The notes under the pieces are model-generated. The model saw only the letters and a program-made list of their open reading frames with translations. It ran no database searches and had not been told where the DNA came from. Below are positions 8,853-16,027 of a DNA stretch of 64,000 nucleotides, one piece after another. Source of the DNA: a virus; IMG/VR virus record IMGVR_UViG_3300028840_002190; one strand, given 5' to 3'. The stretch's first letter is position 1. Each line of letters opens with the position of its first letter. Made by a program: the position numbers and the translations under genes.

Positions 8853-9206
8853 TTAGGAGGCGACCTTCAAATCCTTCTCGGACACTCCCCTAATGTAGTC
8901 CTTGGCGCTGTCGATCCAGGACTGGATGTACAGCTCCTCACCGTCGAACCTCTTGGCGATCTTGGCGATCTCCTTGAAGTTGGGGGGACACTCGGTGTGT
9001 CTCTCGATGGCCTCGTACGGGACTCTACGCAGAAGCCCGTAGGCAAGTAGGTTGTCTCTTGCGGCCCAGCGCACAGTAGTAGTGCGATGGTGATTGAGAC
9101 GCCACTTGGCCATCCCGTTTACCTTCCGGGCTTCTTCCCGGATGGTGCGTGCTTCGTCTGCGAGGTTTTTGATTTTGACCCGAAGGTGGATTATTCGTTC
9201 GTTCAT
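8853..9206 (-). CDS. Conserved basic hypothetical phage protein
   Basis: LRVKIKNLADEARTIREE...LLAYGLLR; start refined to 9206 after AGGAG. Confidence 0.75.
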   Translation of the reverse strand: MNERIIHLRVKIKNLADEARTIREEARKVNGMAKWRLNHHRTTTVRWAARDNLLAYGLLRRVPYEAIERHTECPPNFKEIAKIAKRFDGEELYIQSWIDSAKDYIRGVSEKDLKVAS

Positions 9207-9334
9207 CGTCTTTCTCCTTGTTGGTGTTGTCTCCACGGGAACAGAGAAAGACGTGAAGGGGGGCCTCTAGCGGTTTTGTATTCAGGTGAATCTCATGTGC
9301 TTATCCTATTCATGGTTGCAGAGGATGTCAACTG

Positions 9335-9407
9335 CGCCCCCACCAGGACTCGAACCTGGAACGGCGTGGATTGAAAGCCAGCTACTCTGCCATTGAGTTA
9401 TAGGGGC
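9335..9407 (-). tRNA. Atypical tRNA (nominally Glu UUC) with 8-nt anticodon loop or mispaired stem
   Basis: Good acceptor GCCCCTA/TGGGGGC, D arm ACTC/GAGT and T arm CCAGG/CCTGG; anticodon arm GCTGG-CTTTCAAT-CCACG. Confidence 0.7.
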
Positions 9408-10390
9408 TATGTGTTACAGATTCGGAATGTTGTGCTCGAGGTACGAGGGGATTATCTCATGACAGTTGCCACACGCTAAGACCTTTTCCTGCGTATGCTT
9501 CTGGATGTGCCACCATGGTGCGAGAATCGAGGACCCACACACCATGCACTTTCCAGGATTTTTGTACTTCACCTTCCTCTCTTCCCAGTGGTAAGTGGGT
9601 GTGATCCCTCTGGACCAATGCCAAAGCCCTTCGCTGATGGAAAAAACGTAAGCAAGGTACTCGTAAGTGTGTAGCGCGTAATGAGGGTCTTCGACAATCT
9701 CGATCTCTTCTATCGAGTTCTCTGCGTTACGTGTCCAGTTAGCAGTACCTCGTATAGCCGCCGTAGGGATGTACTTTCCACCTTTACCCGGCAATAGCCG
9801 CACCGCGTGTTTGAGGTGCATTAGTGGACTCGTCTCATTTTCTCTAAGCGGAGCACGGCTCCCTCGAAAATCTCCTACAAGACGTACGGCGTCTATCATT
9901 CCGTAGTCGTTTTGTCCGTCACGACGACTCAGGTGTGCAAAACAGTTACCCGGTAACTGGTTACGTCTCACGTAACAGACGAGATTGTTGTACGCCCGGG
10001 CAACGCGTAGTGTAGGGCGGAACTTATCCACAACTACTGCGCAGTTTCCGTGTTCTAACGCGTTGATGAGGTCTTTGTGTGTCAGGATATTGAGTCCTGC
10101 CAGGATCATCCCGTCAGCCCTGTTAGTCTCACGTATAAACTTAATAATTTCGTCCATGAAGTTTGCACGGTAACGCGTTACGTTTACGATCTTGGCGTAC
10201 GTACGTTTTTGCGGGAGTGACGGAGCTCCCCGCGTACCCGCGTAGGTGGCGAGGTCACTGTTAAAATTTTGGTCAGGTGCTGGACGACTGCTGGGAGTTG
10301 CCTCATACGTTTTCATTTCTAGACCTTTCTCTTGTGTCTCTAGACGCACTTTTAAGGATGTGCGCGTGTAACCTATTGAGTTATAGGGGC
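9392..10390. repeat. 16-bp direct repeat (ATTGAGTTATAGGGGC) at 9392-9407 and 10375-10390 flanking the PLD gene
   Basis: Exact identity; the sequence equals the 5' 16 nt of the atypical tRNA. Confidence 0.85.
9414..10316 (-). CDS. PLD-like (HKD) nuclease-family protein with C-terminal Zn ribbon
   Basis: MHLK motif plus GTANWT (GSxN-type) and CxxC...CxxC; start refined to 10316. Confidence 0.7.
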   Translation of the reverse strand: MKTYEATPSSRPAPDQNFNSDLATYAGTRGAPSLPQKRTYAKIVNVTRYRANFMDEIIKFIRETNRADGMILAGLNILTHKDLINALEHGNCAVVVDKFRPTLRVARAYNNLVCYVRRNQLPGNCFAHLSRRDGQNDYGMIDAVRLVGDFRGSRAPLRENETSPLMHLKHAVRLLPGKGGKYIPTAAIRGTANWTRNAENSIEEIEIVEDPHYALHTYEYLAYVFSISEGLWHWSRGITPTYHWEERKVKYKNPGKCMVCGSSILAPWWHIQKHTQEKVLACGNCHEIIPSYLEHNIPNL

Positions 10391-10521
10391 GTTTCCGAAG
10401 GTGTGCTACTACGCCAAAGACCTGTCTTCTACCCGGCGGCTATCTCCCGCTGTTCTACGCGTCGCCTACCGCCGAAAACACCGCGCAGAACACCAGCTGT
10501 AGCACGGCTGGAACACGCCCC
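10384..10521 (-). ncRNA. Putative double-pseudoknot RNA
   Basis: Five complementary segment pairs of 5-11 bp, two of them crossing. Confidence 0.6.
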
Positions 10522-10664
10522 CTGGACCTCAGACGTTTACCTTGCTCAAGGGCTCAATCTATTCGGATCCAGAGAGGGAGTACACTTGCAGCCTCAGGTC
10601 CAGTTTTTATTCGGCTAGTAACAAGCCGCCAACTAGCTGCCGGGCCTACGTGCCTCTGCGAAGA

Positions 10665-10714
10665 TGGCGGGCCACTCTTTAAAGGATGGCTGCCTCTAAG
10701 CCAACCTCCCGCCA
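10665..10714 (-). ncRNA. 23S rRNA helix 43 (L11/GTPase-associated centre) mimic
   Basis: GGAGGTTGGCTTAGAGGCAGCCATCCTTTAAAGAGTG (37 nt) closed by TGGCGGG/CCCGCCA. Confidence 0.75.
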
Positions 10715-10723
10715 GAAACGCTG

Positions 10724-10797
10724 TCGGGGCGATAGGATTCGAACCTACGGCATCCAGCTCCCAAAGCTGGCGCGCTACCAGACTGCGCCACACCCCG
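10724..10797 (-). tRNA. trnP: tRNA-Pro(UGG)
   Basis: CGGGGTG/CGCCCCG; CCAGC-TT-TGG-GA-GCTGG; GGTTCGAATCC. Confidence 0.96.
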
Positions 10798-10882
10798 TAA
10801 AAAAGAGCAGTGAGACGGAGTGGGGATGTGGGGGGAACATCCGGGGATTTCCATCTCACTGCTCAAGAGAATGATACTGCGA

Positions 10883-11269
10883 TTAGGTGCCGAAGAGAAG
10901 GGACGATGCTCGACGCGTAGCGTCTTGTAGCCATTCCTGAAGTTTTTCAGCTGCTTCCAAGTCGATACCTTCGTCCTTAGCCATCTTGGCAACCTCTTCC
11001 TGGATCTCTGCAACCTTGAGGAGGTTCTCTGCGTAGGTTCCATCCTGATCCTTCTCTAGCGGAGTAACCATGAAGTCCGGAACGACGGTAGGCGCATCTT
11101 GGTCCCTTCGGAGCATCCAAAGCTTCTCAGGATCGAGGGATATGGTTATACCCCGGTAGTGTACTTGATCTGTGTGCGTCTCCCTCACGGGGAACCTGAC
11201 AGAGATGCGGCACTGTCGTCCCGAGCTCGGGATGATGTTGATGATAGGTTCCCCTATGATGTACGCCAT
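10883..11269 (-). CDS. Hypothetical protein
   Basis: Start refined to ATG 11269 after AGGAGG, directly downstream of tRNA-Gln. Confidence 0.7.
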   Translation of the reverse strand: MAYIIGEPIINIIPSSGRQCRISVRFPVRETHTDQVHYRGITISLDPEKLWMLRRDQDAPTVVPDFMVTPLEKDQDGTYAENLLKVAEIQEEVAKMAKDEGIDLEAAEKLQEWLQDATRRASSLLFGT

Positions 11270-11278
11270 GGTTCCTCC

Positions 11279-11354
11279 TGGATGGGGCAGAGGGACTCGA
11301 ACCCCCAACACTCGGCACCAAAAGCCGATGATCTACCAGTTGATCTATGCCCCA
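11279..11354 (-). tRNA. trnQ: tRNA-Gln(UUG), encoded CCA
   Basis: TGGGGCA/TGCCCCA; TCGGC-TT-TTG-GT-GCCGA; ends TCCA. Confidence 0.93.
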
Positions 11355-11355
11355 A

Positions 11356-11377
11356 GAAAAAAAGGGGACAGGCGCCC
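11356..11377 (-). terminator. Rho-independent terminator-like hairpin
   Basis: GGGG-CGCCTGT-CCCC followed by T-run on the minus strand. Confidence 0.5.
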
Positions 11378-11732
11378 CAGAGCTTGGATAGTCGGATATC
11401 GGGTAATCGCAGCCGCGCTTCTTCCAGCTTCATAACTTCCACTGAAAGCTAGATCGCGGCGTTTCGGTTGTTCGTGCAGTCGGTACAGTCGGACGTTCGG
11501 AGTTCGGCTGTTCACACAGTCGGAGTTCCTGGTCCATGAGACACGCCGTGTGAGGGCGCGTACCGTGTGGGGTGAGGCTTAAAAGGCCAATCCACATGGG
11601 CTGTACTTCATCTTTTTTCAAATGATGATATCGATCCGCAACGATGTCACCGGCGACACCTACGGCTTAGGGTGCCGTGCAAACCCTTGCTCTGCGCTAC
11701 GCCTGTCCTATGTAGTACGCTCTAGGAGCGTT

Positions 11733-12371
11733 CTACACCGAGAAGTTGTCGAGAACCGTCTTGGACACCTCGACCTGGGTGTCCCAGTTGGTCTTCTGGA
11801 TGCACGCGTCCACCTCCCGCAGCTTGCGCTGCAGCGTGTCGACGACCTGGAAGGGCTTGAGCTCCGAGGGAGCCTTGCGCTTGACCTTGGTCACCAGGTC
11901 CCCCAGACCGTCGGCGATGGGGACGCGCTCGGAGATCTCCTGGAAGAGCTCCTCCGCCGAGACGCGGAAGTTGTGGGGGGCCGGGGCGCGGCGGATGCGA
12001 TCCTCGAGCTCCTTGCGCCGGACGAGCAGCTCGGCCAGCTTGACGGTGGCGGGTCCCGTGGACGCGACCTCCTCGTCCGACATCAGGTCGTGGGTGACCT
12101 CGACGTCCGTGACCCAGTTGGCCTGCTGCACGACGCTGTCCGCGAGGCGCCGCTGGTGCGCGTAGTAGTTGGTCTCCTTCTCCAGGAGGCCCTTGTCCAC
12201 CAGGCTGACGTGACCGACCACCTGGTCGATCTCGTCGTTGACCTTGCGCCGCTGGACGCTGTCACGGGTGATACCCGCCTCCTGCGCTCCCAAGCGTCCG
12301 CTGAAGAGGGCGTTGAGCTCCTTACGACGCAGGAGCAGCTCAGCCAAGGCGATTTTCTTCTTGTCGGTCAT
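11733..12371 (-). CDS. DIP1984-like protein with two tandem domains
   Basis: Twice (I/V)xLAELLxRRKEL...(Q/K)xNW; AGGAGG RBS; visibly higher GC than flanks. Confidence 0.75.
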   Translation of the reverse strand: MTDKKKIALAELLLRRKELNALFSGRLGAQEAGITRDSVQRRKVNDEIDQVVGHVSLVDKGLLEKETNYYAHQRRLADSVVQQANWVTDVEVTHDLMSDEEVASTGPATVKLAELLVRRKELEDRIRRAPAPHNFRVSAEELFQEISERVPIADGLGDLVTKVKRKAPSELKPFQVVDTLQRKLREVDACIQKTNWDTQVEVSKTVLDNFSV

Positions 12372-12452
12372 GATCCGTACCTCCTTCGTAGTTCTGAGAC
12401 GCGAAAGCGTCCGATAGGGGAAAGTACGGACTTGTACCTCCTTTGAGACTTG

Positions 12453-12467
12453 TTTTTCAAAGAGCAC
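12453..12467 (-). promoter_or_regulatory. boxA-like antitermination site
   Basis: TGCTCTTTTGAAAAA resembles rrn boxA. Confidence 0.45.
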
Positions 12468-12599
12468 TCTGTAGGAAGCAAGGCTCCCATTACACCTTAT
12501 TACAGACTATTGCGCGCCCACCTGTGGTCTGAACATGAGTACCACATGCCCGTCAGACCCTACCGTGCAGGTACTTGGTCTAGTCTCGCGCACCGATAG

Positions 12600-12673
12600 T
12601 GACCCCGGCGGGGCTCGAACCCGCAATCTTCGGCGTGAAAGGCCGATGTCCTAAACCATTAGACGACGGGGCC
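12600..12673 (-). tRNA. trnE: tRNA-Glu(UUC)
   Basis: GGCCCCG/CGGGGTC; TCGGC-CT-TTC-AC-GCCGA; GGTTCGAGCC. Confidence 0.95.
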
Positions 12674-12902
12674 AAAATAAGGAGAAGGCTGCCCGGGACT
12701 TCGTGAAGTAACCAGACCGAAGACATCGACCATCCGGACCTTCTCCTGACTACGTTAACAAAGGGGGAGTACTTATAGCCTGCGCCCTCCCCAGGCGCAT
12801 GCGTCTTTTGCTTCTCGGACTCAACGCAACTTGTCCCGGTATTGTACCTTATTTTGTATAGCGACAAAGAAGCCCATCGCTTTTTCACAGCTGCCAACTG
12901 TG

Positions 12903-13288
12903 TGGTGGAGCCGCCGGGAGTCGAACCCGGGTCCGCCTACGGGTCATGTACTGATCTTCACGTGTGTGGTCTCCCTTTTCGTTTCAGACGGTGACTTCCG
13001 AGAGACGAGTCATCACGGTCTTACTGCGCTTTCGTTTACCCGGCGTCATCGCGCAGAACTCAGCCTGGGTTTGCCCGTGTAATTACGCCCCCTGGGTTAC
13101 TCGAGCTCCTCACTCAGGGCACGCCCGCGCCGTTTAAGCGGCCACGGCGAGCGGACTCGCCATGGGGGTCGGGAAGGGAACTACGTTGTCGGCAGTTCGA
13201 GTTGAGTGTCCTTTTTAACCCGCCGAACACACAAGGCGGAACACGCACAGTACACTTCCATCGCACACGTCGAAACCGTGTCGGCCCC
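12903..13288 (-). ncRNA. ssrA: tmRNA, tag (A)ADNVVPFPTPMASPLAVAA*
   Basis: 5' GGGGCCGACACGGTTTCGAC; 3' GGGTTCGACTCCCGGCGGCTCCACCA; tag ORF 13134-13193. Confidence 0.95.
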
Positions 13289-13431
13289 ATGAGAAGGATC
13301 TAAGTTGCCATGGTGTCCTCCAATCTGTTGGTCCCTACCAGGGGTGCGTGCTCTTGCCATCAGTCCGAGAAGGTTATCCGAGGGTTATGAGCCCCCCGAC
13401 TCCCTCAAGGTCCGGACTCGAGCGCGGGTTT

Positions 13432-13567
13432 ATTGGTCTTTCCTAGTAGCTCCTCGAGGCAGCGGGAGTCGGTCCGAGTTTACGGACTCACAACTTCCAT
13501 CACCAAGGCGCTTCCCGTTTCCTTGGTTGCTGAGGAGCCCTACAAGGAGCTACTAGGAAAGACCAAT
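13432..13567. repeat. Perfect 23-bp inverted repeat enclosing 90 nt with internal hairpins
   Basis: ATTGGTCTTTCCTAGTAGCTCCT (13432-13454) and its reverse complement (13545-13567). Confidence 0.85.
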
Positions 13568-13580
13568 TTTTCAAAGAGTA
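13568..13580 (-). promoter_or_regulatory. boxA-like site
   Basis: TACTCTTTGAAAA on the minus strand. Confidence 0.4.
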
Positions 13581-13661
13581 CGCCTCCTACCTTACTCCTC
13601 CAGAGGACCTAGGAATCTGGAGTTTCATCCATGCCTCCACTCCAATACCTCGGAGACGTGA

Positions 13662-13734
13662 TAGCGGGGACCGGATTCGAACCGGCGTGACGGGATTATG
13701 AGTCCCGCGACTGAAACCACTCGTCTACCCCGCA
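13662..13734 (-). tRNA. trnM: tRNA-Met(CAU) with initiator-like acceptor (1:72 mismatch)
   Basis: TGCGGGG/CCCCGCT; CGGGA-CT-CAT-AA-TCCCG. Confidence 0.9.
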
Positions 13735-13739
13735 TCAAT

Positions 13740-13915
13740 GCCCGTCTTTCCGGGCTGTCCGCTCTAACCAGGACCTCCCCTTATCCGGCCTTACAGTAGC
13801 ATGCCCGACCGGCATTTGGGTATTCGACCTGGACGTCAGCGACCCGCTAACACGAACCCACTGACAGCTGCGATGACCTACGAGCAGCGTCCTGTAGGTC
13901 AGGGCATCAGCTTCT
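13740..13915 (-). ncRNA. Putative structured RNA ending in GACAGCCCGGAAAGACGGGC
   Basis: Hairpins TGACCTAC/GTAGGTCA, CCAGG/CCTGG, CCGGTC/GGCCGG plus terminal GAAAGA hairpin; leads into tRNA-Met. Confidence 0.5.
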
Positions 13916-14071
13916 TTTACCAGGTAATGTGAGGCTTTTCAATTCTTGCGGGGGAGGGGATCTGTGACAGGCTTGCCCTTGCGCGCACGGTGACGGCGCC
14001 ACTTTTCGAGGTCTCTCTTCTTGGGAGGCTTCGCAGGAAGGTTAACCGTCGGTCGACGGTAGATGGTGGGT

Positions 14072-15016
14072 TCACCCATAATAGAAGCCCGCATACGGAT
14101 CATTGACGTAACGTCGGTCATGGGGACTGAAGCCTTCACGCTCAGGGCCGCCCATGGCCTCAACACGCTCCATGGTTTCACGCTCCTTCTGCTTCGCCTT
14201 CTTGGCGGCGATAGCAGCGAGAAGGATCGCACCCACGGTTGCTCCGGCGAACGGGGCCACTTTCTTGCCCTTCTCAAGACCCTCAATGATCTTCTCAGTG
14301 ATGTGGATCTTACGCCGCAGACTCTCTTGGCCAATATCTAGGATAGGGTCGATGACTTTCTTACCTGCGTAATACCCACCGAGGCCCCCCGCGGCACCGG
14401 CGACCCAGGGCATCGCACCACTCTCGAGAAACGCGACTTTATGCAGAAGGGTAGCGACTTTCATCTCGGCAGATTCTCCCGTATACGCTTGAGTCTTGGC
14501 GCTGTTCTTCGGAGGCTTGGGCACGTCAGGCATCCCCCCGCTGGTGCTCATGGGGGCGGGCATCTTCGGAAACTTGGCGGGTTTCGGCGTCACGGGTGCG
14601 TTTGGGGTATAGTCGAAGTTTGCTCCAAACTTGTACGCTTCGAGCTGAGCTGCTTGCTCTTTCAGCGCCTTGTCGTTCTTCGCAGAATCGATCCACGCTT
14701 TCCCTAGGAGTCCTGCACCCACAGCGCCTCCAAGAAGGCCCGCACGTCGCAGCCAGCGATACTTGCCTGGTTGGGACCAAAGACGACGAACCTTGCCTAC
14801 CGTGTGGTGCTTGACCTTCTGCGCCGTACTCGGACCCGTACCCTTGATGACTTCTTTCTCCATCGCAGGGTGGGGTCCGGGGGTACTTCCTGACATCCGC
14901 ATGCCAGGAGTGAAGTCCGAGATGCCTCGAGCTTGAGCCAACTCTTTCTCTCGCTGCAGCAGGCGCTCGTACAGCTCGTCATGGCCGCCCAACGCTAGTT
15001 TCTCGAGTGTACGCAT
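14072..15016 (-). CDS. KxA-motif glycine-zipper protein (putative internal virion protein)
   Basis: 314 aa; EKLA, MKVA, HKVA; two Gly-rich hydrophobic helices. Confidence 0.75.
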   Translation of the reverse strand: MRTLEKLALGGHDELYERLLQREKELAQARGISDFTPGMRMSGSTPGPHPAMEKEVIKGTGPSTAQKVKHHTVGKVRRLWSQPGKYRWLRRAGLLGGAVGAGLLGKAWIDSAKNDKALKEQAAQLEAYKFGANFDYTPNAPVTPKPAKFPKMPAPMSTSGGMPDVPKPPKNSAKTQAYTGESAEMKVATLLHKVAFLESGAMPWVAGAAGGLGGYYAGKKVIDPILDIGQESLRRKIHITEKIIEGLEKGKKVAPFAGATVGAILLAAIAAKKAKQKERETMERVEAMGGPEREGFSPHDRRYVNDPYAGFYYG

Positions 15017-15021
15017 TTATC

Positions 15022-15657
15022 CTACATCCCCGTGTTACTCAGTGTCACCGCGTAGGGAGTCTGTGCCGAGGCGCTCGTGAGAGGTACTCCCTGGAGGAGG
15101 GGCCGGTTGTACGGCTGCTCGCTTTTCAGGGCCTCTTTTAGTGCATTTCTCTGTAAAACGCGCTCAGCAAGCAGCCCCCGCGATACCTGGCGTGCCTGGC
15201 GCTCTCGTTGGTCTCCTTTGGCGCCCCAGAGAGCGCTCCCAGTCAGTAACCCAGCCCCGGCACCGAGCAGTGGGAGGAGTTTCACTGAGAGCGGAAGGTT
15301 CTTGAGACCTTTGAGACTTCGGTTCTTCAACAGCCCCTGTTCCAGCATCTCTTTGAAGGGGGCCGTAGTAGCCTTCCCGCCGAGACCACGAGCCAGGACA
15401 CCTCCTCCGATACCTCCAGCGAGGGCGCCTCCCGCAGCTGGGCGCAATAACCCACGAGACCTCTCGGACTTAGCGAGGTCGTCTACAGTTTGCCCCTCGT
15501 GGAGTCCCCGAGCCATGCGCTCGACCATGGAACGGGGAGCCCACTCGGACATTCCGGTGAGCCTCTCCTGGTAATTCGGAGTACCCGCAAAGGTGAACGG
15601 GATTCCAGAAGGCCGGAACCAGATACCACCTGCGTGTTTCAGTAGTCCTTCACTCAT
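15022..15657 (-). CDS. KxA-motif glycine-zipper protein
   Basis: 211 aa; LLKHAG; GGALAGGIGGGVLA; TATAATT upstream. Confidence 0.75.
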   Translation of the reverse strand: MSEGLLKHAGGIWFRPSGIPFTFAGTPNYQERLTGMSEWAPRSMVERMARGLHEGQTVDDLAKSERSRGLLRPAAGGALAGGIGGGVLARGLGGKATTAPFKEMLEQGLLKNRSLKGLKNLPLSVKLLPLLGAGAGLLTGSALWGAKGDQRERQARQVSRGLLAERVLQRNALKEALKSEQPYNRPLLQGVPLTSASAQTPYAVTLSNTGM

Positions 15658-15737
15658 GACACCACGAATTATACGGCAAAATCCTTGGTAAAAGAAGGGG
15701 GACCCATTGGCTTTGGAAACTAGTGGCTATCCCACGT

Positions 15738-15762
15738 AGAGGGACCTCGGGGTCCCTCTTTT
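15738..15762. terminator. Terminator-like hairpin
   Basis: AGAGGGACC/GGTCCCTCT stem with T-run. Confidence 0.55.
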
Positions 15763-16027
15763 AGCTTCTAGGTCCTTGAGCCCCTCCGTAACCGGACTGG
15801 ATCTTGGTTGCGGGACGCTTTGGACTGTGCGTATGGACGTACCCGGCCTTGTTCCCTTTGCAGCCTGGATACGAAGGAATGACGGTATTCATAGTGACAG
15901 GACCGCTGCGCCATACTCGAGATAGGATGTTCCCGCAGTCCGGACAAGGCACCTCTTCTTTGGCGTCGCTGACCACTTCTTCGGTTTCGAGTTTGCAGCG
16001 TTCACAAATGTAATCGAACATGGGCAT
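15761..16027 (-). CDS. FmdB-family zinc ribbon protein
   Basis: MPMFDYICERC...CPDCG pattern. Confidence 0.8.
   Translation of the reverse strand: MPMFDYICERCKLETEEVVSDAKEEVPCPDCGNILSRVWRSGPVTMNTVIPSYPGCKGNKAGYVHTHSPKRPATKIQSGYGGAQGPRS

Noticed and set aside
9335-9407. Opal suppressor or selenocysteine tRNA (UCA in loop)
   Set aside because: The UCA register gives mismatched stems, there is no long variable arm, and long ORFs read intact in the standard code.
10673-10709. Genuine rRNA gene or contig chimera
   Set aside because: Only 37 nt match, helix 44 is absent, and the segment is embedded in a phage-specific closing stem between phage features.
11461-11525. CRISPR array
   Set aside because: Repeats are 4-8 nt with no spacers; no array or cas operon is in the window.
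11622-12446. Long antisense ORFs (also 25135..26394, 32452..33366, 41019..42353, 51669..52493, 60552..61292, 62468..63622)
   Set aside because: Shadow frames of GC3-biased genes with clear motifs on the opposite strand; no RBS or recognisable domains.
12678-12750. SRP (4.5S)-like hairpin (AGGAGAAGG/CCTTCTCCT with GGTCCGG...GCAGCC)
   Set aside because: Lacks the GNRA-capped helix 8 and the exact CAGG/AGCAG loop; treated as a generic hairpin.
13939-14334. 131-aa ORF overlapping the 314-aa gene
   Set aside because: Mostly an alternate frame of 14072..15016; only a short basic tail lies outside and it has no RBS support.
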